A DNA stretch of 63,856 nt, filler included, from Octopus bimaculoides (Eukaryota), in NCBI RefSeq assembly GCF_001194135.2. It is 5 parts of 5 records of this genome, joined end to end, with 100 filler letters (N's around TTAATTAATTAA, not from the genome) between each part and the next. Parts side by side here need not be neighbours in the genome. Positions count along the whole stretch, not along the records: positions 1 to 29,683 come from NC_068984.1; 4 more parts are not named here. One strand, written 5' to 3'. Below the pieces are notes generated by a model that was given only the letters and a program-made list of their open reading frames with translations, did no database searches and was not told where the DNA came from. This document shows, piece after piece, positions 1 through 11,594 of the stretch. The position numbers and the translations under genes were made by a program. Numbering within the stretch: the first letter of the stretch is position 1; each line of letters opens with the position of its first letter.

Positions 1-440
1 AGTTTAAAAAAACATAGTAATTAGAAAGAGCGTAAGCTATAGCTTTTTTTTTTTTTAATGCACAAAAAATTGAAATTATTTTTTTTCTGTGCCTCTGATT
101 AAAATTTTCGAAAAACAAACCCAGCCACATTACTTGGAAAAAAAATAATCTTTATTGTGCTGGTTTTTCGTAAAATTTCGCGCATGGGAAAGGCAACAAA
201 ATCGCCCCTCCCCACTTTGAATGGGATATTCCTATCTTAAAAAGTAATAATCGATTATCACGGTAACCATGGGAGTTGGATGGCAATAAAAATCTCCTGA
301 ACATTAGCGGACCATGCTGCCGCTCTGTGCTGAATTTCACGCGATTCCACTGCACCGTTCTCGAGTGAATCTGCCGACACTCACTCACTCAATCAATCAA
401 GCAAGCAAGTAATCAAGAACACTGCAATTTATAGTATAGA
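1..440 (-). mobile_element. Helitron 5' terminus and subterminal region (continues beyond window start)
   Basis: Minus strand reads A|TCTATACTATAAA at 441|440, the typical Helitron 5' TC start after a host A, followed by a short microsatellite and non-coding subterminal sequence. Confidence 0.65.
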
Positions 441-444
441 TAAA

Positions 445-625
445 CAGAGCTGGACGTAAGTCCGTTAATCCGTTTATCGTTAATTAGCGAAGTTAACATT
501 TTCGTTAACGATTTAAATTTTAAGTTAACTTTGAAAATCATTATCGGACTAATTAACTTGTATTACATTTAGCTTCCGTTAACTGAAGTCCGTTAACCCG
601 AAAATTTGATAAAAACCGGTAAACG
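445..625 (+). mobile_element. possible hAT/MITE terminal fragment
   Basis: Starts CAGAGCTGG and carries repeated (CC)GTTAAC/GTTAAT subterminal motifs; no partner TIR found. Confidence 0.3.
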
Positions 626-934
626 CTTAAAAGTTTCTATTGTTTTCAGATTGTCTTAGAATATTTAATATTGTACGCGTCATTCTTTCAACCCCGATAC
701 ATGTCACTTATTATTATAAATAATTTGTAAGACCTCGATTGACCCGCTTGTTGCTTTCAAAGACAGCAGGAAATTTCTTTGTCCTGTCAAGAGGGAACAG
801 TGATTGATGTGTTTCCACTTGATCCGCGATCTCGCTGAGGTGAATGTCAACAGAGAAAATATTGACTTCCATAAAGTGGAAAAATAAATGGAAGGAAAAA
901 AGTTGGTAAATATTTCGGTGTGAACGCAAAAATG

Positions 935-1300
935 TTGGTGTGAATGCAAACAGCTGTTACGTGGTAGCAGGGAATACTAGAAATAGCAGCCAAATCTTTT
1001 CTTTTCTGGAAAAAGGAGCCGTTTACGCGTAATTTCCATGTCACATTCGTTGAAAGCATGCAAAATAACCAGGAAAAGAGAAAACCCGCGAAACAAAACT
1101 CTCTTGCTGGGAAACTTCGAGGTCCCTACCACCCCTCCCACCTTTCTGTTCCGGAAAAAAGGTCGCTTGNNNNNNNNNNCCGCGAAACAAAACTCTCTTG
1201 CTGGGAAACTTCGAGGTCCCTACCACCCCTCCCACCTTTCTGTTCCGGAAAAAAGGTCGCTTGCGCAGGTTTGGAGGTCAAATACGTTGAATGCACCGGC
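935..1300 (-). repeat. non-coding repeat segment downstream of Helitron helicase; paralog of 5545-5720
   Basis: Reverse complement aligns by eye to 5545-5720 (GGAAACTTCGAGGTCCCT, GAAATAGCAGCCAAATCTT, ATACGTTGAATGCAC blocks). Confidence 0.7.
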
Positions 1301-1388
1301 ATAAAACTTTGGAAAAAATTATTCCACACCGAGGTACGAAATATTTACCGAAAGAATAAAATCTTGTACCGACTATATTGTATTTTAA

Positions 1389-1985
1389 TTAATTCAAAAT
1401 TGTTGTCTTCAAGATTGTTGGCATCATCTTCTTTATTATAAATTCTGTGTCATTGCGAAGCTTTGTTGGATCGAGGTTTCGAAGCAGTATAGTTTGTGCC
1501 CTAATCTTGAGATGTAAATTGTGAGGTGGGAGGCCAGGTGGTGTTAGACTATTCAAGAATTTAACTGGATAATTCTCAGCTTCATCGATGTTGAGTACTG
1601 CATCAATGGAATTGTAGATGTGACGCTCACCTGGCAACTGTTCCAGAAATTTAAAGTTCAAATCATCAACTCCCACATTCTTTGGAGCTAAAATGGCACG
1701 GGTTTTCAGCCAGTTGTGGTATGTAAACTGGTTCCTCAGGTTAGGAAACACCTTGTCCATTAGTTCCTTTAAATCAGATACCATATGTCCAAAAGGCAAG
1801 CTTGCCCGTTCATACATCTTGTCAAGTGAAGTGCCATTACCGACGCCCAACAGTTGCTTTCAAAAGGTTCTGTCTGCATCATCACCACTGAGCTGCACTT
1901 TCATGATGGTTGTGAGTCTTAGCTTTTGCACACTGCTCCATAGGTAGGACGACTTTATGCTGGCATTTACTTCATAAGCTGAAAA
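1389..1985 (-). pseudogene. Helitron PIF1-like helicase C-terminal fragment
   Basis: Translation SSYLWSSVQKLRLTTIMKV...RAILAPKN...YPVKFLNSLTPPGLPPHNLHLK...LLRNLDP matches Helitron Pif1 motifs; interrupted by a stop codon. Confidence 0.92.
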
Positions 1986-2424
1986 TGAATATGGAGAGAT
2001 GAAAATGAATATGGAACAAGATAACATCCCATAATGTAGTTTGAAAATTAGGATGAACCATTGCAGACCGATATATAATATAAAAATCAAATTTAGCAAT
2101 GCTTCGTAGAAATTTTGGAATAATAGTAAATACTATTTTTCTGGCAATAATCATAATTTGACACATTGAATACATATAAAGACAACTTGTCATATTCTAT
2201 TTAAAATGTTGCTAATATTATTTGGTACACGAAAAACAGTAATTTGATAACTGAAGCCATTCGCTAATCAACTAATAAAATTGTGAAGTCTTAAGACTAG
2301 AAAGGAAAAATTATTGTAATAAGAGACTTTCTAGAAGAAGGGTTCAGTGAATTGATTTGTCGAGAAGAGTGAAATAATCTATGCAACGTTTCGAATATTT
2401 GACCTTCTTCGGAGGGGAGGGCAG

Positions 2425-2449
2425 AAAGAGAGAGAGAGAGAGATACAGA

Positions 2450-2505
<56 letters not shown>
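2425..2505. repeat. (AG)n/(GT)n compound microsatellite
   Basis: Direct reading. Confidence 0.95.
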
Positions 2506-2509
<4 letters not shown>

Positions 2510-2814
2510 GTGTTATCACCTAGGTTGCAAAGTAACGGAACAATGATATGCCTTAATGTTCTCGATATTTTTTTAATATTAGAATCATATCGTAAATATT
2601 ACTGCTCAGATCATAGTGCATTCATTATCAAATTATAATATATTTATATTTTAAATCGATAGACTACTTTTAAGTAAGCAGGAAGAAATTCATCGAGGCA
2701 TTATGAAGGAAATGACCGGTTATTATTACAGACAGGAAATATGTCTGTAGTTGACACTGTATCACAGAAATAGACCGTAGAATTTCTACTGGTACTGCTA
2801 GCTAACGTAAGAAT

Positions 2815-3260
2815 TTCAGAAAATCGTTGTTCTTCCACAATGGTTTATAGTATGAGGAAAAGAGAGGTGGTGAGCTCTTTGACGTCAAGGAATTATGATG
2901 AAACTGAAATTGCAAGCTTCATTATTTATTTATTCTGAATAATGAAGAAATAGAGGTTAGCACATGATTATACAGAAACGGCGGACGTAGTACACAGCAG
3001 AAACGGATACGATGTAGATAGTATTAGAAAAAAGCTGATAAGAATATTTATACAACTTAACTTTGAAATTAACTATTAATACCAACGTCAGAATAGTCAA
3101 TTATCTAAACATTAGCACGAATCTCACAACAACCAAATTCTATCTATTCCGCAAATCTAATGAAGAAACCACCTACATAAACAAAAGCTTGAATATCACT
3201 TCTCAACTAAAACAAATTAGTAATAACATAAATAGCCCATTTCTAATTTGTCCTCAGATA
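2815..3260 (+). pseudogene. Penelope-like element reverse transcriptase fragment (Naiad/Nematis-like)
   Basis: Frameshifted SLFFHNG..KRGGELFDV..YDETEI, YRNGG (decayed YRDDG), IRKKLIRIF, LKLTINTNVRIVNYL..FRKSNEETTYINK match PLE RT motifs; clade assignment is inference. Confidence 0.8.
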
Positions 3261-3359
3261 AACCCATGGTTTAATCCCCGGATAAAACCATCGTTAGCGC
3301 AAGCACTCCACGCTATAATAATGTATTTATGAGATCTAATTTTAAAGAAATACTGCCTA

Positions 3360-3839
3360 TGTAGTGACCCCTGGAGGCTACGACGGTAAGCAAAACGAAA
3401 AAGGGATTTAATAAGAGTAATCTCCCTCGAGCTTCTAGAATGTTCGAGACCTTTCTGGAAGCTTCCAGTTTACGTGTAAATCGGGCACTTCCGGTCCATC
3501 CCTTATATAAAGGAAGAAATTCTAAATTCGCGCCATTCCATGTCTGCCTAGCCTTAGACCGGCATTGAGTCAAATCGCGTACACATTCCCCTTTCTTACT
3601 TAGAGACATGTGACTGCAAACAGAACATATTCGTGTAATGTTATAAGCCTTCCTTCTTTTAACCTTGTATATTAACGCATTACCTCCAGTAATAAAAGTT
3701 ATGACAAGCGTCTCATGAATTTATATTTTCTTGTTGTTACGAACAAGATGATGACCCCTCTGTCTCTCATACTGACTAAATTATAGTGTCATTAAGTCTA
3801 CGTTATTATTATAAAATGGATAACCCTGACATCACTATA
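3360..3839 (+). mobile_element. solo LTR (Gypsy-like, 4-bp TSD)
   Basis: TGTAGTGA...TCACTATA inverted termini (7/8), CCTA duplicated at 3356-3359 and 3840-3843, TATATAAA at 3504, AATAAA at 3691. Confidence 0.8.
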
Positions 3840-5544
3840 CCTACAAGGAACTCATTTCGACAAAATATAGGATATGTCAACGTATCCTATATTTTGCATT
3901 TTAATCTAGTACATAGGATGAATGCAGAAACATCTCAAGTTTCACCTTAATCGATATGAACGTCCCAACACATAGATGCCACAAAATATTCAGCAACATA
4001 GGTTCGCATTTATTTAGTTTCAACAATGATGCTATAGTGAGCACTCTGCCACAATGACTAAGCAACTGTACATCCGCTGATCATTGTCCTTTACATAAAC
4101 ATATGCCACAAGGAGAAGCTGATGAAGAGATCTTATATTTCCGATGATGATGGTATTACATTAAGAACTTCATGTTTTGTTCCTACTTCCTACACTATTA
4201 GCACTTATGGATCTTCCTCGCACACTCAGTCATTATTGTTGGTTTTTCGAATGGTTGTGAAGATCATTTCACAGAGGTTGCAGTTAGATTCTTTTTCACT
4301 TGAGATGTCTCTGTCTCTGAGGGGCTCTTTAGAAAATTTGACACATAGCGAATATTGTTGATACAGATTATAAAACTGAGTTAGACAGAAGGTAGGAAGA
4401 AATGACAAACGCAAGAAACAGTATCCAGATGATATCAATGAATCAAATAATATTTATGAAACCATTTCCTGAGCAACATTGTCCTTTATCAGCATTAACT
4501 GCGTTAGGAACGAGTCTAGATCAAAGGTTCTCAACAGTTGCCATATGCACCCCACCCCCGGGGCCATTTGGAGCTCGTGGGGGGGGGGGNNNNNNNNNNN
4601 NNNNNNNNNNNNNNNNNNNNNNNNNNNNNNNNNNNNGGGGGGGGGGGGCTTTTGGAGCTCGAGGGAAGTGTTTTGGAGCTCGAGGGGGAGTTTTGGAGCA
4701 AATGAGCACTAGAGTGGCGTTAAGAAACTCAGTGGGGAGTGCTGGGGGGGGGCATTGGAAGACCTTCAACTTTGGTAAGTTTAATTTGAAATTAACGAGT
4801 AGTAGCCATATTTTCACATCTCTGCGACAGTCAGGATCTATTTATTTAAAGAGGATCTATTTATTTTGAGTCACAAAATCAGTTCCCTTTAATGTTGCTC
4901 AGATTGTTTTCAAATTTGGGCTATGGAGGAGTCCGGAATTTTGATTACACTCAACCAATTACTTTATCTCGTAAATTAAAGAATCTGATGTTATTTCGAG
5001 TAAAGTTGGAAAATGTCTGTAACTTTAGCCAATCAACAGAAAGTGAAGCATTAACAGCTAGTTACCATAGCAACATATGACAACTTATATGTTCTATTTT
5101 GCCTCGCTGCGCTGAATCTTCTTGTCTGCACGCAGTCTCTCTGTACGTTTCGATTTTGTTATTTTTGTGAAAACTTTATAAAACGTACATTACCTGTGTT
5201 TATATCAATTAGAATTTCATTTTAGGTATTTTTCGTGAATTTTCGTAGTATTTTACATATATTTCGTGAAGTTTTTCTGTGTTTTTGTAATTTTTCCGGC
5301 TTTCGTAAAGTTTTCCTTTGTTTGTTTACTTTTTGATGGCCGCAAGCCATTTAGCTGTACCAGTCTGAAGGGGATATTGAAAACAGAGGTGGATGCTGCA
5401 TATTATTTCGAAGAAAAGGCTGTTATCTCTAAAAAAAAATTGTTGTAAATCTAGGCAAGTGGTTCGTAAGAATTTGTACTGGCGATGCACTCACAATGGA
5501 TGGAATGAACGTTTGTCAGTAAGGGCAGGAAGAAAAAAGCAAAA

Positions 5545-5720
5545 ACTTTGGATTTTTCGCGTGCATTCAACGTATCTAACCGCCAAACCCGCTGCAAGCC
5601 ACTTTTTTTTCGGAAAAGAAAGGGAGAGGGTGGTGAGGGACCTCGAAGTTTCCCGGAAGCCAGAAAAGGAAAGATTTGGCTGCTATTTCTAATACGCCCT
5701 GCTCTTACGTAACAGCTATT
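5545..5720 (+). repeat. Helitron-associated repeat fragment nested in Charlie element
   Basis: Inverted paralog of 935-1300. Confidence 0.65.
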
Positions 5721-6168
5721 TGCGATAAAGGACCCGCCGGTATCGCAAATAGATGCTAATGCGGGTGCACTTGTAAAAATTTACCCAAACACATACTGAC
5801 AAATACAATAATATAACAAAAAGATATATAAAAATTAAAAAAATTACTTTATAAGGTATTTATCTTTATTCATAAACCTACAATGAACAAGTCACACAGG
5901 ATACAACCTTAAAGTTGACACCGTTCGCTACAACGAAAGTTTATTATTGGCTAAGAATAGACAGTTTTTCGGTTTTTAAACATCTTTAACTTTCTCGTCA
6001 AATTTTTTCTCAATAAATTCTTTGGTTCAAATGATTAAGAAATGAATGTTTAAATGACATTTTCAGATTTTTTACTTCAAACTAACTAACTAGATCCAAG
6101 TACAGTGAATGCCATCCTCCACAATTTGCTACTCATCTGAAGTACATATGCATTTCAACAATTTCTAT

Positions 6169-6552
6169 TGTAGTGGCGCGAAATTATAGCCGTCATTGAG
6201 GAAGAACTATTCTGCGCATGCGCAGGGGACTTCACCACCGGAAGCCCCTCGAGTTGCGCATGCGTAGTAAAACTCGTACTTAAACAGTGACTTTCATTTT
6301 CTCAGCGAGTTGAGCCTGAGGACCTTCGACGTGACAACACCTCGCTCCTCCACGAAGCACTCTTCACCACGAAGCCTTCGATGGTGATAGCTACTTGTTT
6401 CTCTGGCAGGCATCAAGGAAGGCCTTAATCTTCCATTACCAAACTACAACTTAATCAGCGGTCGCTAAGCTGAATGACAGGAACTGTGAAACCAAGTATC
6501 ATCATAAATAAAACCTTTTTATTATGTTGTTAATTGTTCTAATGTCTCTTCA
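6169..6552 (+). mobile_element. probable solo LTR nested in Charlie element
   Basis: TG start (TGTAGTGGC), AATAAA at 6507, CA end (CTCTTCA); 5-bp flanks TCTAT/TTTAT (1 mismatch). Right end less certain. Confidence 0.55.
6213..6266 (+). promoter_or_regulatory. two NRF1-type TGCGCATGCG(C/T)A motifs flanking an ETS-type CCGGAAG
   Basis: Motifs at 6213-6224, 6238-6244 and 6255-6266 inside the LTR; function untested. Confidence 0.4.
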
Positions 6553-8991
6553 TTTATAATGCTGTTGAAAGGTGATAGATAGAGACTAAAGTCTCTATGA
6601 CAACTATCATAACTATTTACACTATCAAATACACTCTCCTTCTTGAGCATAAAAAGCCCTCTTCCCGATTGAGAATAACTTATGTTATATTGTTGCACAA
6701 GATCTAGCCGTTTTGATAAGGTAATATTCGGAAAGGTATGAATTGATATCATTGGAATTTACTTGTACCGAAGAGCACTCTTTCGATAGACAACACGTTG
6801 ATCTCATGTGTCGCATGGTAGAAATAAACGCAATTACCAAACTTCCATTCATAAGACCATTTATTATTTCGTTTTTTTTTATTTTTCATTTCAATTTGTT
6901 CATCTGTACTTCCGATTGCGTACAAATGCATATATAAAACGACGTCCTTTAGTTTTTAATCATTATCTGCTGATATCAAAATAAGTAGTAGCCTATATTG
7001 AAAAATAACAGTATTTTATGGGGGGGGGGGCATTTGCGACTCCAACGGTCAAAAGGGGGGCATTGGCCAAAATGGGTTGAAAACCTTTGGTCTAGATCAA
7101 CCTGTCATTTCATCAGAAAAAGAATAAAGTGCTTTTCAAGAACCAGATGCTCTTCAGAAAAGCAGAAGATGTAAAAACTTAAGCAGAAACAACAGACCAG
7201 TCTAAACCAAGTACGATTCAGCATCATGATGTAGGCTTTTCGGAGTCTGGTAAAATACAAAAAAAATGTGATTTTTTAAGTTGCCCTGCACAGAAACATT
7301 CCAAGTATTCTTTACATTAGTAAAAAGTTACTTTATGTGTTCACGCACAATACGGATAACTAAATGAAAAGTGGTTTGAAAGAATATTGAGAAACAGATG
7401 TAGAGAAGAAGTTTAGAATCCATTGTTTGTTTATTTCACTATGAAAAGTAAGACTTTGCATTTATTGTTTGCTATTTTCACGAAATGCCTATCAGTTTTC
7501 ATTGGAGCAAGAATATGTATTTGATAATTGAAAAGCACTTAAAATATTTCGCATTCACGGAAAGTTAAGAAAATTATCACTACTGTTGTACTCAAGAGTA
7601 AATGGAAAATGAAAAAATCTGTTAGAAATTAGAGAAAACCTATAGGTTCAAATTTGCGTCAGTAAAACAATAAATGACAATATTTTCCCCAAGGAATTTT
7701 CCATGGAATAAAGTTACCACACCTCAAAAGTTTGCACAATGTGGGTATTAGGAATACCACAGACAATAAGAGGAAAACAATTTCTGAAGTGTTTGAAGTT
7801 AATTCTAAGTGTTGGCGAACTTTATTACTGCCATGAGAAAAAAAAAAAATTCTTAAAGATGAAAAACAATCCTGGAGAACATCACAATCTCTGTAAGGGC
7901 AGAGTTAACATAATCAGCTGATGGTTTCTATTATTTGTCTAAAATTGCAACATATCATTTACAAGACCATACTTTAGCTTTTAGTTTTATTCTACTTCAG
8001 GTAATGCGAATCGAGAGTAAATGGTAGTAACAAATCGATATTTTGATATTAATTACAGGGTGAAAACAATTTTTAGAAAATATACCGAAAACAGCGAAAA
8101 TAATTTTGGAGTGTCTACTGTTTAAAGACTGTCAGTTTCAGTGCTGTTATAATGCTCCAGTTATAGTTGGTTATAAAAGTGACGTTCAGCCACTTAATAA
8201 CCAACAGAAAATTGAAGAAAAGAATTGCAAAGCTATTTTTGTTAACTGCGATAACTATTGTCTCTATTTGTTTGGTATGCAAACTGTTAAGCATAATGCA
8301 TTGACGATAAGTTTTTTGGTGCAATTTAGAGCTTTATTCATTGCTTTTCTGCTCCACTCTTTGTTGGCAAAAACTGGAAGACACCATATCAAAATTTGTC
8401 AGATACGAATCTGAAAGTGTATGGAGTTGTAGAACAAACCGTGAAGCCAGTTCATGAATACTTTGATATCATAGTTGAGCATTCACAAAGCACGTGTGAT
8501 AATCTAAATAAAACTGCTTATACAAAAGTTGATGTAAGGCAAGTGCTGAAACAATTTTTTATTTTTGATTTCTTGGTTTTACTTCGATATTGAAATAAAA
8601 TTCTTATTCAAACTAACCATATTTAAAAACGACTCCAAATTCCTACCATGAACTTCTTTGATGTGGCTTATGATTTAAAGGCTAATGAACTGTTAGAGTT
8701 TAAGTAGTTGAGTAATAATAACCAGTGAATTACATAAAGCAGGGCTGAAACTATTTAATGAATAGGATGTATTTAAGTAGAAATATTCCACAAGAAGAAA
8801 CAAATGCCTGACGAAAACGTTAAGGATGTAGGATTAATTGTAACTAAGGAGCTGATGAGAATAAGGAAAGAAACTATTGATCTAATCCATCTTGTAATGT
8901 AATTAAGATTTGTCCTCCGTGATTTGATTCAAAATTTGGGCTTCTTTTAGATGCTAGAGCATTACTTGGCTTAAATGAAAACAACAACATT

Positions 8992-9063
<72 letters not shown>

Positions 9064-9628
9064 CACATCAAAGAAAATATGTCTGAACTTTAAATAGCTT
9101 TATTGTTCTGATATAGATACATTTGAGCTTTATCAAGAAATCATGGATGGTAAGATACTGCTGAAACGTCACATAAACATTCAGATTTCTAAGACTGGGG
9201 GAACTTCTCAGATTCAATGGAGATGGAAATGTTTCACCAAATTCGAGAGGAGTTGTTGAGATAAAATTCTTCACTGATATTTCAGTGGCCTAGCTGTGAG
9301 TGATTTTTCAGTAAGTTGAAATCGATCTTATCGTATTTAAGAGATTAAACAAGTCAAGAACGACTGTAGGCTTTAGCATAGCTCAGCAATCAATTTGAAG
9401 AAACTGTAAACAGAAATTCTGATTAGATTATTGGTGTGTTTGTATTGTTAAAAGTAAGATGAAGTTCAAAATTATTACTAAAATAGCCAAACATAGACGC
9501 AAACAAAGCATTTCTTTTAGAGTTCTATATAATCCGAATGATTTCATAGCAATAAATGTTTATGCATTTTTGCTTTGTTTATTTGTAAATGTATTATCAA
9601 TAATTATATTTTGATTTATATACTTTTA

Positions 9629-10013
9629 TTCTTTTACTTGTTTCAGACATTTGACCGTGGCCATGCTGGAGTACCGCCTTGAAGGTTCTTTTAGATGAAC
9701 AAATCGACCCCAGGACTCACTTCTGAAGCCTAGTACTTATTCGATCGATCTCTTTTGCCGAACCGCTCAGTTAAAGAGACATAAACACACCAACACTAGA
9801 TGCCAAGTGGTGATGGGGGAACAAACACAGACACAAATAGACACACATATATGAGGGCTTCTTTCAGTTTCCGTCTACCAAATCCACTCGCAAGGCTTTG
9901 GTCAACCCGAGGCTATAGTAAAGGACACTTGCCCAAGGTGCTACGCAGTGGGACTGAACCCAGAACTATGTGGTTGGGAAGCAAGCTTCTTACCACACAG
10001 CCACATCTGTGCC
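9629..10013 (-). mobile_element. tRNA-derived SINE, family B (full length)
   Basis: A box TGGCTGTGTGG, B box GGTTCAGTCCC, CCTTGGGCAAG core, 3' GAAACAAGTAAAAGA; many paralogs in window. Confidence 0.9.
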
Positions 10014-10359
10014 TATATGTATAATATATTATATGTGCATAATATGTAATTTTCGTGGGCGAGTGTTTCACAATCACGAGATACCGGGTTCTATTCCACT
10101 GCGTGACATTACAAGCCCAAGTATTCTTGCACTAATTGTCAAAAAGCATGCAAGTCTTTGGCAGGCCTCAAAAGCCATATTCGTGCAGCTCATCGATGAT
10201 ATTCTAGGGCATAAAAAAGTCAGGCAGTGGTTCTACTCGAAATCGAGTGGGCAACCATCATGTATGTATGTATGTATGTATGTATGTATGTATGTATGTA
10301 TGTATAAAACTTATAATTGGCTTCTTCTCCAAGGTTTAAGAAGTTCAAGAGTAAGCAAA

Positions 10360-10800
10360 CGGCACAGAAAGTCATGATGGCTGTTGTTAAAAATGACAAG
10401 AGCGTCAGCCTACTGAACATAGCTATACTGTGAGCATCAAACCGTACATAGATACTCAAAATGCTTAGAGAATGCATTTGGATGAAGCGACCGAGCAAGA
10501 GTTTGAAAATGATTCACATTCACAATAACAATGCTCGACCAAACACATCTTTGGCATCAAATCAGGTAATCATTAAATTGGACTGGTCAGTACACCTCCA
10601 TCTCCTCTAGAGCCTAGACTTAGCGCCCTCCGATTTCCAGTTGTTCGGTCCAATAAATTTGATGACACAGATGAGATGAAAGTTGCTTGTGAAGAAGTAG
10701 TCACAACAGTATACAACTGGATTTTTTCGAAGAGGAATCGAGAGTTCGATCCAACGATAGCACAGATTCATCGATTGTGGTGAAAACTATGTCGGGCAGC
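10360..10800 (+). pseudogene. mariner transposase C-terminal fragment
   Basis: NNARPNTS (HDNARPH), LDLAPSDFQLFGP (SPDLAPSDF), FFRRGIE...CGENYV. Confidence 0.85.
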
Positions 10801-11542
10801 AGTACCTTTGTATAAAGGAGGAGTTGCTTTACCAATATGTACAGTTTGAGCAATCGCAAACCAGTTTTGAACCTTGGTGGGAGCCGAATTCCTTCACCGA
10901 TGTCACTAAGCACTATTATTAAGTAAACATCATTCCCCTTTTTGACCTCTCTAAATATGAAACCAAGAATTGTGTGTTTCTTTATTTAGCAATCAGCCTT
11001 CAACGAGCAGTCCTATAATTACATGCCTTCCAAATGTGACTACCCCGCTGTTTTATAGATAAAGGACTACATTATCTAAATGTCCCATCGTTTCAAAGAC
11101 AGTATGGGAATGGTGTAACTACTATTTCTACGAAGCTGAACAGACCACGAGACACCCGTAAACAAAATATTCAATTTGTTTTTCAAGAAGTTTTACCAAG
11201 CATGCTTATACAACACTCTGGAAAAATCTCTTCAAGCTTTGCTAGCATTCTAACTAATGAAATTACTTCAAAACTATTATCACTTAATTTAGAATGTAGA
11301 ATTTTAAATAGGACCTAGAATCATGCATGCGAATGTTCTATCCTTCAACTACCTACTATATCTCTAAGTTGGGTCCTTGTGTATTCAACAACAGGTAACA
11401 ATAGTTTAAGAGTCACGTTTCGCAACTACGTGGTTCCTGGTTCGAAAGCAAACACGGAAACTGTACACAAACCCATCGTATACATACATACATACATACA
11501 TACATACATACATACATACATACATACATACATGCATGCATG

Positions 11543-11594
<52 letters not shown>

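Larger units (their letters stand above)
4522..7089 (+). mobile_element. hAT-Charlie DNA transposon (degenerate)
   Basis: TIRs CAAAGGTTCTCAAC / GTTGAAAACCTTTG (13/14); identical 8-bp TSD GTCTAGAT at 4514-4521 and 7090-7097, fitting the Charlie nTCTAGAn consensus. Confidence 0.92.
4300..9500 (+). pseudogene. decayed hAT (Tip100/Zaphod-like, ZnF-TTF) transposase, interrupted by nested insertions
   Basis: CIYCLLFS (TTF finger) near 7455, KKKQMPDE near 8795, and dimerisation domain SCE*FFSKLKSILSYLRD*TSQERL*ALA*LS at 9290-9390; many stops and frameshifts; 5' boundary approximate. Confidence 0.8.

Noticed and set aside
1088-1262. Exact ~83-bp direct duplication around a 10-N gap
   Set aside because: Unmerged contig overlap is more likely than a real tandem duplication.
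6470-6492. CTGAATGA...GAAAC hammerhead-like motif
   Set aside because: Extra base in the core and no convincing stems I and III.
9960-10013. tRNA-like A/B boxes as tRNA genes (also in other SINE heads)
   Set aside because: They continue into SINE bodies and I could not fold a cloverleaf.
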